DNA of 59,921 bases. Source: a virus (taxonomy: Duplodnaviria > Caudoviricetes). The first letter of the stretch is position 1; every line of letters starts with the position of its first letter. The notes under the pieces were generated by a model. The model saw only the letters and a program-made list of their open reading frames with translations. It was not told where the DNA came from and did no database searches. The position numbers and the translations under genes were made by a program. Of this stretch, positions 38,495-46,510 are shown in pieces. The stretch spans positions 1 through 59,921 of IMG/VR virus record IMGVR_UViG_3300047386_000320, one strand, 5' to 3'.

Positions 38495-38964
38495 TGGGCC
38501 TAGAAAACACTGAACTAAAGATAGGAAACACGTCGTTTAAGGGCATTTGGATTGCCATAGTGTTGACCATAGGTACAAGCATTGGCGGGACTGTATGGAC
38601 GGCTAGCAGCCTATATTCACGGTTAGAATTGGTAGAAGGTAGGAAGATTCCTAACATTACCCCGCTAACGGAACAGGTAACATTAATAAGCACCCAGCTG
38701 AAGGATAATGACGTCCCCCAGCTCCAGGGAAAACTCGCTGAGTTGGGTGTAAACCTCAAGACCATCGTTGATCAACAGGCAAAACTGCTAGAGATAAAAG
38801 ACGAGGTTAAAGAGCTAAAGGAACAGATCATTAAGATGCAGACGACGGTTGATAAAGCAGAACGTGCTGCTGCAAATCTAGGTAAGTACGACCTCGATAA
38901 GCTAGAGCGTGAGATACAAGATTTATGGGACGGGATGGACTATTTATCGAATCCATTAAATTAA
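38494..38964 (+). CDS. Membrane-anchored coiled-coil protein
   Basis: TM segment GIWIAIVLTIGTSIGGTVW followed by heptads; GAGG SD before ATG 38494. Confidence 0.75.
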   Translation: MGLENTELKIGNTSFKGIWIAIVLTIGTSIGGTVWTASSLYSRLELVEGRKIPNITPLTEQVTLISTQLKDNDVPQLQGKLAELGVNLKTIVDQQAKLLEIKDEVKELKEQIIKMQTTVDKAERAAANLGKYDLDKLEREIQDLWDGMDYLSNPLN

Positions 38965-38967
38965 TTG

Positions 38968-38996
38968 TTGCATCTTAATATTAGGTATACTAATAT
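38968..38996 (+). promoter_or_regulatory. Capsid promoter with perfect operator ATATTAG-GTATA-CTAATAT
   Basis: TTGCAT-17-TAATAT; palindrome at 38978-38996. Confidence 0.8.
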
Positions 38997-39006
38997 TCAA
39001 TGTAAG

Positions 39007-39217
39007 TTCGTCTATCAGTACGAAAACTGGTCGGCCCGTAGCCGTAAAAAACGTACCCCCCGCCTACATAGGCGTAAAACCTGTCGAGATCGCGTCTCGT
39101 TAATCAGCGCTAGTTCGTTGTCCCACGATACGGGAATACGGATTAGCCGCTCCTTTAAGTCGGCTAAGAGAGTGGCGTTTGCCACAAAAACTTTTTTCCA
39201 ATTTAAGGAGGCCAATC
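39007..39217 (+). ncRNA. Structured cis-regulatory leader: tandem pseudoknots plus anti-SD hairpin
   Basis: Five stem-loop units whose loops complement the sequence just downstream, then TTAGCCG/CGGCTAA with loop CTCCTT complementary to SD AAGGAG, then a GTGGC/GCCAC hairpin. Confidence 0.65.
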
Positions 39218-40369
39218 ATGGCTTTAACAAATTTCGGTTCGCTTACTGGCGACCAACTTCAAGCGTGGTCACGTGACTTTTGGAAAGTTGCACGTAACCA
39301 ATCTTTCATTAATCAGTTCGCTGGCACTGGCTCAAACGCTATGGTTCAGCGTGTAACTGAACTTACTAAGTCTCAAAAAGGCACAAAAGCTAACATCACA
39401 TTGCTAGCTGATATGACTGGAGACGGTATCACTGGTGACTTCACTCTAGAAGGCAATGAAGAAGCATTGCGCGCCTACGATATCAGCATTGAGCTGGATC
39501 AATTGCGCTTTGCTAACAGAATTGCTGGCCGTATGGCTGACCAGAAGACTGTTGTTAACTTCCGTGAGCAATCTCGCGACGCTCTTGCTTATGCAATGGC
39601 TGACCGTATTGATCAGTTAGCGTTCTTGACTCTTTCTGGTGTTGGTTACAACTTCAAAAACAACGGTGCTCTACGTTACGCAGAAGCTCCAACTGATGGC
39701 CACGCTCTTGATGATCTTGAGTTCGCTGCATCAGTATCTCCTCCAACTGGTGCGCGTCACCGCATGGTGAATTCTGATGGCGACATTGTTGCTGGTGACA
39801 CTGCAGCTCTTACTGGTGATGACAAGTTGAGCTACAAAGCAATCGTTAACTTGAAAGCATACGCTAAAGATAACTACATCCGTGGCATCCGAGCTGGCGC
39901 AGGCCAAGAAGTATTCCACATGTTTGTTACTCCACAGCAAATGGCTGGTCTTAAGCTTGATGCAGACTTCATCGCTAACGTACGTAACGCCGGTGTTCGC
40001 GGCGCTTCTAACAGCCTGTTCTCAGGTACTTCAAGCGTTATGGTTGATGGCGTGATGATCCACGAGTTCCGTCACGTATTTAACACTGCCGGTGCTACTG
40101 CTGGTACTTCTACTAACGTCGGCGCAGCTGGCTACAAGTGGGGTGCAGATGCAGATGTAAACGGTGCACGTGCATTGTTCTGTGGTGCTCAAGCTCTTGC
40201 TATGGCTGACATCGGTCTACCTGAAATGGTTGAAGACACCTTCGACTACGGTAACCAGTCAGGTATCTCTGTAGGCAAGATCTTCGGTCTACGCAAGCCT
40301 AAGTACAACACAGATGTTTCTGGTGACGTTCAGGACTTCGGTGTTATCGCTCTAGACACTGCGTTCTAA
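39218..40369 (+). CDS. Major capsid protein (N4-gp56 / DUF4043 family)
   Basis: LEGNEEAL...IELDQLRFA, ALFCGAQALAMA, DYGNQSGIS, DFGVI; AAGGAGG SD before ATG 39218. Confidence 0.93.
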   Translation: MALTNFGSLTGDQLQAWSRDFWKVARNQSFINQFAGTGSNAMVQRVTELTKSQKGTKANITLLADMTGDGITGDFTLEGNEEALRAYDISIELDQLRFANRIAGRMADQKTVVNFREQSRDALAYAMADRIDQLAFLTLSGVGYNFKNNGALRYAEAPTDGHALDDLEFAASVSPPTGARHRMVNSDGDIVAGDTAALTGDDKLSYKAIVNLKAYAKDNYIRGIRAGAGQEVFHMFVTPQQMAGLKLDADFIANVRNAGVRGASNSLFSGTSSVMVDGVMIHEFRHVFNTAGATAGTSTNVGAAGYKWGADADVNGARALFCGAQALAMADIGLPEMVEDTFDYGNQSGISVGKIFGLRKPKYNTDVSGDVQDFGVIALDTAF

Positions 40370-40384
40370 GAGAAAGTAATACAT

Positions 40385-40409
40385 GCCCCCTCTTCGGAGG
40401 GGGCTTTTT
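40385..40409 (+). terminator. Intrinsic terminator after the capsid gene
   Basis: GCCCCCT-CTTCGG-AGGGGGC-TTTTT. Confidence 0.92.
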
Positions 40410-40427
40410 CACTTTTGGAGATTAGTT

Positions 40428-40826
40428 ATGCCACGCGTTAGAGGTAAGAGATATCCCTATACAGCAGCCGGGAAAAAGGCAGCTGCTAAAGCGGCTAAGA
40501 AGCCCGCTAACCCACGAGCTAGAGCAGCAGCAAGTCGTAAAGCAGCAGCAGCTAAAAAGCCTGCAGCGACTACGCCACGCGCTACTAACCTCAAAAAGAC
40601 AGCTTCAGCAGATGGAAGCACAGCCACTTACAAGAATTCCAATCGACGTGCCCAAGCCTCTAGCAAGGTTACAGGCGGCGTTAAGACCAAAGCCGGTACT
40701 TACAACGTCTACGGAAAGAAAACTTCAGCGGCAAAGAATTTCAGATCAGCTTTCGCAGACGCGAAAAAAGCTGGTTACAAGACCTTCACTTGGGAAGGTA
40801 AGAAGTACAGCACAAAAACTAAATAG
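40428..40826 (+). CDS. Lys/Ala-rich histone-H1-like protein
   Basis: KKAAAKAAKKPA repeats; C-terminal FRSAFADAKKAGYKTFTWEGKKY; GGAG SD. Confidence 0.7.
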   Translation: MPRVRGKRYPYTAAGKKAAAKAAKKPANPRARAAASRKAAAAKKPAATTPRATNLKKTASADGSTATYKNSNRRAQASSKVTGGVKTKAGTYNVYGKKTSAAKNFRSAFADAKKAGYKTFTWEGKKYSTKTK

Positions 40827-40840
40827 ATAGGACTTTAATC

Positions 40841-41218
40841 ATGAAGATTGTTAGCAAGACAGACTTATATGTAGCGACAACTTGGGGTGCATGTATTCGG
40901 ATGAAGATGGGCGAACCCATCGAGGTTAGTGAGGCCCTTGGCACACTAGCCATCCAAGCCGGTGCAGAGGTTTACAACCCAAATAATGTTGAGCACGAAT
41001 TACCCGAAGAGGCTGTCTTTGAAGAGGTTGTTGAGGAAGAAGAAAGTTCTGTTGACCCAGAAGTAGTGGAAGCTCTTCAGAAGCTAATTGAAGAGGCTGA
41101 TCCTAATTCATTTAAAGGCGACGGCAATCCGAAAGCTGCCGTTTTAAACAAAATGCTAGGTCGCACCGTACGCGCTGATGAACGAGAAGCTGCGTGGGAA
41201 ATAGCACTAAATTCATAG
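40841..41218 (+). CDS. Hypothetical head-associated protein
   Basis: AGGA SD; C-terminal F..DG.PK...L...GR.V.A.ER..AW. Confidence 0.65.
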   Translation: MKIVSKTDLYVATTWGACIRMKMGEPIEVSEALGTLAIQAGAEVYNPNNVEHELPEEAVFEEVVEEEESSVDPEVVEALQKLIEEADPNSFKGDGNPKAAVLNKMLGRTVRADEREAAWEIALNS

Positions 41219-41227
41219 GTACACATT

Positions 41228-41920
41228 ATGGCAGTGACAGTAGATAGCGTAATAGATCGAGTACAAACCGTACTCCAAGATACGACAGGCGTTAGATGGC
41301 CTGTTACATCCGAACTTGTTTTGTGGATTAACGACGCTCAGCGCGAGATTGCACTGCTAAAACCAGATGCCTCTGCGGCAAATGAGACGGTCACACTGGT
41401 TGCTGGAACTAAGCAAGCAATACCAACCGGCGGCAACCGACTGCTTAAAGTAGTTCGAAATATGTCAGCTGCCTCTGGTGGTGATGGCAGACGCTCTGTT
41501 CGTTTGGTAGACCGTGAAGTACTCGACGCACAAACACCCGACTGGCACGACCCGAATGTAAGTGGTGATGCATCACACTCGAACGTCGTTAAACATTACT
41601 TGTATGACGAGTCTAACCCCCGCAATTTTTATGTTTATCCAGGTGTTCAGGGAGATGCTTATCTCGAGATTATTTTCTCGGCTAACCCAGCAACTGTAAG
41701 CGAAGGGGACAACCTTTCTATACCTGACATCTTCGCTAACGCTGTTCTTAACTACGTTCTTTACATGGCTTACATGAAAGACGCGGAGTTTGCTGGAAAC
41801 GCAACACGAGCATCGTCTCACTACCAGATATTTACGGCTTCGGTAACGGGTAAGGCACAGATTGATGCCATTACTAACCCTAACCAAGAGCGAAGACCAC
41901 AAGTTCCAACTATGGGGTAA
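41228..41920 (+). CDS. Head-tail adaptor / tail tubular protein A-like
   Basis: LQDTTGVRW...ELVLWINDAQREIALLKPDA, FYVYP, YVLYMAYMKDAE. Confidence 0.7.
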   Translation: MAVTVDSVIDRVQTVLQDTTGVRWPVTSELVLWINDAQREIALLKPDASAANETVTLVAGTKQAIPTGGNRLLKVVRNMSAASGGDGRRSVRLVDREVLDAQTPDWHDPNVSGDASHSNVVKHYLYDESNPRNFYVYPGVQGDAYLEIIFSANPATVSEGDNLSIPDIFANAVLNYVLYMAYMKDAEFAGNATRASSHYQIFTASVTGKAQIDAITNPNQERRPQVPTMG

Positions 41921-41923
41921 AAC

Positions 41924-42610
41924 ATGACGACTTCATATGAATCGTTGTTACCTGAGATCTTGCCAATGGTGGCAGGCTGTCCCGACACGTTAGTTGAGAA
42001 CAACATTCGTGCGGCGGTTATTGAGTTCTGCGAGAAGACTGGTGCATACCAAGCTGAACTAGATCCAGTAACCACTGTGGGCGGCATCTACGAGTATGAC
42101 CTCGATGCCCCCAGCCAGACCTCAGTCCACAAGATCATGTGGGCAAGCCATCAAGGTAAAGACTTAGAGCCAATTTCGACTACGTTGCTCGAGCAGAGAG
42201 TGCCGAAGTGGCGTGATGCAGACAATCGCACCACACCTAAATACTTTGTGAAGCAGAGCCCAAGCACTGTTTGGTTAGTACCTGTACCAAACGTCACTGA
42301 AGCATCGAGCACGATCTTTAGAGTACAGCTTAAGCCTACTCACACATCGACTGCTTGCGACGACGCAATCATGTCTGATTACCGAGACACAATTGTTAAT
42401 GGTGCGCTTTTTAGATTGCTACGGATTCCTAATAAGGACTGGTCAGATCTATCTGGTGCACAGATTTACGCAGCTGCATTTGCTGAAGGTGTTCGCAATG
42501 CCGAGCTGAGAGCTAAACAGGCTGATACAGCCGTTGCTAGGAAGGTTACTTATGGTGGATTACGCCACAGATCAAGACACGCTAAACGAGGGTGGAGAAC
42601 ATCCTACTGA
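41924..42610 (+). CDS. Second head-tail adaptor-like protein
   Basis: GCPD...IRAAVIEFCEKT, LVPVP, LKPT, GALFRL...P...WS. Confidence 0.65.
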   Translation: MTTSYESLLPEILPMVAGCPDTLVENNIRAAVIEFCEKTGAYQAELDPVTTVGGIYEYDLDAPSQTSVHKIMWASHQGKDLEPISTTLLEQRVPKWRDADNRTTPKYFVKQSPSTVWLVPVPNVTEASSTIFRVQLKPTHTSTACDDAIMSDYRDTIVNGALFRLLRIPNKDWSDLSGAQIYAAAFAEGVRNAELRAKQADTAVARKVTYGGLRHRSRHAKRGWRTSY

Positions 42611-43007
42611 GCCTAGGCTCGCAGACATACGCCAAGAATGGGCGTGGGTCAAAGAAGGTATTGAAGAGGTACTAGTAGAGCAACCACAGCTCACTTACAG
42701 ACCTGAAGATATCTACGCACAGTGTGTAAATGGTGACGCTCTTCTATGGGTAGCCCCTGAAGGTTTTGTAGTCAGCTCAGGGTTTAAAGACGAGTTTAAC
42801 GATAAGTCTACGTTTCTCATCTGGATAGCCTGGGCTAAGCAAAGAGGTCAGAACTGCGCTGTTAAGTACTACGACTTCTTTGCCAAAAACGCAGCAGAAG
42901 CTGGGTACGACAAGATTGAAACGAGGACTGCCGTCTCACAGGTAGAACGATATTTACTAAGTGATGGATGGCGTAAAGAGGCAGTAATTTTTACGAGAGA
43001 ACTGTAA
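42552..43007 (+). CDS. GNAT-like virion assembly protein (P22 gp14-like position)
   Basis: Size and motif pattern (FLIWIAW, AGYDKIET, GW); directly before the ejection genes. Confidence 0.45.
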   Translation: MVDYATDQDTLNEGGEHPTEPRLADIRQEWAWVKEGIEEVLVEQPQLTYRPEDIYAQCVNGDALLWVAPEGFVVSSGFKDEFNDKSTFLIWIAWAKQRGQNCAVKYYDFFAKNAAEAGYDKIETRTAVSQVERYLLSDGWRKEAVIFTREL

Positions 43008-43591
43008 TGGGAAGCAAACCTAAAAAATCAGAGTACAAGCCTACCGAAGCAGAGAAAACCTCTGCTGCAGTGGCTATGGCTGAGTACAAGACTTTCAAAA
43101 AGAAGTATGACCCTCTGCTTCAAAAGATGAGAGATCAGTCGAAGAGCGACGACCCACAGAAGATCCTTCGTGGGCGCGCTAATGCAGACACAATGCAAGC
43201 CCTTACAGAGAATCAAACATACCGAGGCACTCAGGCGAATGACCTCTCTAGTGATATGTCGAAGGCATATCTAGGTCAGATGGGTCAGGCCACAGCGCAA
43301 GGCCTAGGTATACAAAACCAAGCAAAAACGAATGTGCTTGGTATTGCACGAAAACAAGCGGGCGACGCCCAGTCCGGCATGGCACAAGCATCTCGTTTAG
43401 CAACGTCTGAAGCTTTAACGCGAGCGAAGGCGAAGCAAGATGTCCGCGCAGCAAAAGCCGCCGCTATTGGTGAAATTGCTGGGTCGGCTATGAGTGCTGC
43501 ATCAGGTAACAACGCGTCGGGCACAAACGCATTTGGTGACGGGAAGTTTGGTGACTTTATGAAGAACTTCTCTAAGAACGTAAACGGGTAG
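43007..43591 (+). CDS. Internal virion / ejection protein
   Basis: MGSK start; Ala/Gln-rich helical body; Gly/Ala C-terminus. Confidence 0.6.
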   Translation: MGSKPKKSEYKPTEAEKTSAAVAMAEYKTFKKKYDPLLQKMRDQSKSDDPQKILRGRANADTMQALTENQTYRGTQANDLSSDMSKAYLGQMGQATAQGLGIQNQAKTNVLGIARKQAGDAQSGMAQASRLATSEALTRAKAKQDVRAAKAAAIGEIAGSAMSAASGNNASGTNAFGDGKFGDFMKNFSKNVNG

Positions 43592-43600
43592 AGGTTCGGT

Positions 43601-44521
43601 ATGGAAGAAGAAGAGAAGTTACTAAGCGGCAACGAGTGGAGATACCACAAAGACGGAACCCGTACGCAAGATGTAAAACAGAGACGCGTTGGTAGGCATG
43701 CCCACCTAAATGCTAGTAGGCAGAGCAAATACAAAAAACGGTACGACAAAAATCGGGCCGCTGTTCAGGCAAAATATGACAAAGACAATTATGGGTTAGA
43801 GCAAGTTAGCGACCCAGATAAGGCGTACGCAGCAATTACTCGCGGCGAGTACATTGATTTTAAAGATAACTACGGCCAGTTCGAAGACGATCTAATTAAG
43901 TTGGCTCAGAGCGATACCCGTCTAATCGATCAAGCCCGAGAAGATTCAGCCCAAGCCACTACTTTGATGAGTGAGGTTGCGAATAGATCTAACTCTCGGT
44001 ATGGCGCTCACCTTACCCCGGCTCAGATGGAACAGCAACAACGTGCACTTACTCGAGGTACAACACTGGGTACGGTGCAATCGGTAAATGACGCTCGGAT
44101 CGCTCAGAAAGAGACCAACCAGCGAACCATCACTGACCTAATCAATATTGGGCAAGGTGTTAATCGCACCTCTCAGTCTCAGATGGGTCAGGCAGCAGCC
44201 GATGCTACAGCCAGAAAGAATGCTTACGAACAAGCACGTGCTGCACACAAAGCACAGACTTACTCAACTGTTGGCTCACTTGCTGGCAGCGCAATCATGG
44301 CGTTTGCGTTCTTGAGTGATGCGAGAGCTAAACAGAATGTTAAGAAGGTTGGCGTGAGTCCGAAGGGCGTCAACATTTATGAATACAACTACGTTGGCAG
44401 TAAAGAGCGTTATCAAGGCGTTATGGCGCACGAAGTCCCCTGGGCGGTAGTTAAGCGCAAAGGAGACTTTGATTTGGTGGACTACTCGAAAGTCGATGTA
44501 AAACTGAAAAAGGTAGCTTGA
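43601..44521 (+). CDS. Ejection protein with C-terminal S74-like autoproteolytic domain
   Basis: Hydrophobic GSLAGSAIMAFAF then LSDARAKQNV...IYEYNY...GVMAHEV...VDYSKV. Confidence 0.7.
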   Translation: MEEEEKLLSGNEWRYHKDGTRTQDVKQRRVGRHAHLNASRQSKYKKRYDKNRAAVQAKYDKDNYGLEQVSDPDKAYAAITRGEYIDFKDNYGQFEDDLIKLAQSDTRLIDQAREDSAQATTLMSEVANRSNSRYGAHLTPAQMEQQQRALTRGTTLGTVQSVNDARIAQKETNQRTITDLINIGQGVNRTSQSQMGQAAADATARKNAYEQARAAHKAQTYSTVGSLAGSAIMAFAFLSDARAKQNVKKVGVSPKGVNIYEYNYVGSKERYQGVMAHEVPWAVVKRKGDFDLVDYSKVDVKLKKVA

Positions 44522-44522
44522 T

Positions 44523-46508
44523 ATGAGTTTTCTTGCTGGTTTAACTAAAGGGGCAGCTAGGGCAAATTCTTTTGGCGACCAAATGCGCCTCGAAGAATAC
44601 CGAAATCAAATGGCTGGAATTGCCCAATCTGAAGAAGACCGCAAGGCACTTGAAGCTACTGCAGATCAACGCTTTCAGTTGGGAGAGGCTAACGACTGGT
44701 ATACAGACGATAGAAAGAGCCTTAATGATAATTTTACTAACTCTTTAAGAGCTGACGATGGCAACGCAAAGACGTTTGCTCTTGATGTTCTTAATGATGC
44801 AGGCATCGTTGCGGGCGGCGGTAAAATCACGAATCTCGTTTATGACAAGGATCAAGACGGCTTTAGAGCTTCTGTTGTAAACCCTGATGGCAGTAAAGGA
44901 GCGATCACTGATGGAGGTTCAAATGAAGCCGGTGCAGAGACCACCTTCATACCAGCAGATCAAGTTTCTAAATTAGCTACTGAGTTTTATCGATCCGATG
45001 TTGTAGCCAACACTTCTCTCTTCGACATGAACGAATATAACGCTGCTCGAGACATGGTTATGAATGGGCAGAGAGTTCGTGAGATCGATCTCGATGCGGC
45101 TCGAATCGGTAATCTGCAATCGGTACTAACTAACTTCTCAGACAACCCTGTTGCAAAGCGCGAGATAACTGGCGTTATTGCGAGTGCTGAAACAGACGAA
45201 GAGAAAGACGAGGTTATCGAGGAGATAGCCAAAGACAACAACATACCAATTGTCCCCACACAAGGCCTAACGAGCACATCTAATACTGATGGTGAGTCTA
45301 ACGACAAAGCAGATCGTATTGCTGAGCTCGAAGCTAAGCTAAAAGCTGACAAGTATATGAAGAGCCGAGCCGGTATTAAGCGACGAGGGCAAGACGAAGC
45401 TGAGTTAGACCAACTTAAAGCTGATCCTGTGGGCGACAAAGAAACAGAGCTTCAAGCACTAAGAGATAAAAAAGTACCTAACCGCCGTATGGAGGCGCAG
45501 AGACAACGAGACATACAACGCACCCAGGGCGAGCTTAGAGAGATGAAAGGCGAAGGTCTCGAGAAAAATGAAGTAGCTAAACCTGTCGTTGAAGCGTCAA
45601 ACGAAGCTGTTGCAGCTGAGTTCGATAATGTCACCGAGCTTCTAAAGGACAAGAGCCCTCAAGAAGTTGCCCAGATGTTTAAGAACGGCGAAGTATTCCT
45701 ATCAGAGCAAGCTCGAAGAGACCTCGCTAAAGACCTACAGGGCAGCATCAAAGACCTCACTGATCTACGCGGGCAAACACTTGAGAAGCGTAATCTTGCG
45801 ATGGTCGCTTTGATGGCAACAACAGACAACGCAACTGTAGAAGCCAACCTAGTTAAGAACTTCACCAACATGAATGAAACGGGTGTGGCGACGATGACTG
45901 CCGATCAGTTGGCAGACAACATGCGATTGCAGTCTCAGCACCTCGATAGGTTGAAGCAGCAAGCTGAAAAAACAGATGATGCACAGTTCCAAAAGGCTGT
46001 GGGCGTAGCTACAAATGTTTACGAATCAACCTTTAAAATCATTGAAGGAAACGACAATGATATTGATGGTGATACAGCTCAACAGATATTGGCATCTCCA
46101 GCAGTTAATAAAGGCATCGCTAATCTTGATGGCTACAAGCCCGGCTCAAATTCTTACACTGCAATTATGAAGCAGCTAAACGCCTCTCTTAGCCAAGCTA
46201 TTGCTGGCTTTGCAGCAGAAGAGGAAGGCGGGTTTAAAGAGACGTTGGAGAGCTTCTTCAGAGGCGATGTTGACTACCTGAATACAGACTCACAGGACTT
46301 CTTCTTAGCTCGCGTTGTGTTTGATAAGGCGACAGGTGGAGTCCAGTACATCAAGCCACCAACGCAAGATGGTGAGGGCAACATGCAAGTTAGTGTACTT
46401 GATGAAGCTGTTGACCTAGATCTAATTAAAAACAAAAACTCTGCTGCTTACCGAATGATTGTTAAAGCGGCAAAAGCCAATAGCAAGCTGTACGGCTATG
46501 GGGGATAA
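44523..46508 (+). CDS. Internal virion / ejection protein
   Basis: MSFLAGLTKG start; charged helical composition; position. Confidence 0.6.
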   Translation: MSFLAGLTKGAARANSFGDQMRLEEYRNQMAGIAQSEEDRKALEATADQRFQLGEANDWYTDDRKSLNDNFTNSLRADDGNAKTFALDVLNDAGIVAGGGKITNLVYDKDQDGFRASVVNPDGSKGAITDGGSNEAGAETTFIPADQVSKLATEFYRSDVVANTSLFDMNEYNAARDMVMNGQRVREIDLDAARIGNLQSVLTNFSDNPVAKREITGVIASAETDEEKDEVIEEIAKDNNIPIVPTQGLTSTSNTDGESNDKADRIAELEAKLKADKYMKSRAGIKRRGQDEAELDQLKADPVGDKETELQALRDKKVPNRRMEAQRQRDIQRTQGELREMKGEGLEKNEVAKPVVEASNEAVAAEFDNVTELLKDKSPQEVAQMFKNGEVFLSEQARRDLAKDLQGSIKDLTDLRGQTLEKRNLAMVALMATTDNATVEANLVKNFTNMNETGVATMTADQLADNMRLQSQHLDRLKQQAEKTDDAQFQKAVGVATNVYESTFKIIEGNDNDIDGDTAQQILASPAVNKGIANLDGYKPGSNSYTAIMKQLNASLSQAIAGFAAEEEGGFKETLESFFRGDVDYLNTDSQDFFLARVVFDKATGGVQYIKPPTQDGEGNMQVSVLDEAVDLDLIKNKNSAAYRMIVKAAKANSKLYGYGG

Positions 46509-46510
46509 GC

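Noticed and set aside
38965-39276. 103-aa ORF, 66-aa antisense ORF and TTG capsid start at 39179
   Set aside because: No SD; they overlap the promoter and structured leader; ATG 39218 has a strong AAGGAGG
40383-40427. N-terminal extension of the H1-like ORF
   Set aside because: It runs through the terminator hairpin; ATG 40428 with a GGAG SD is preferred
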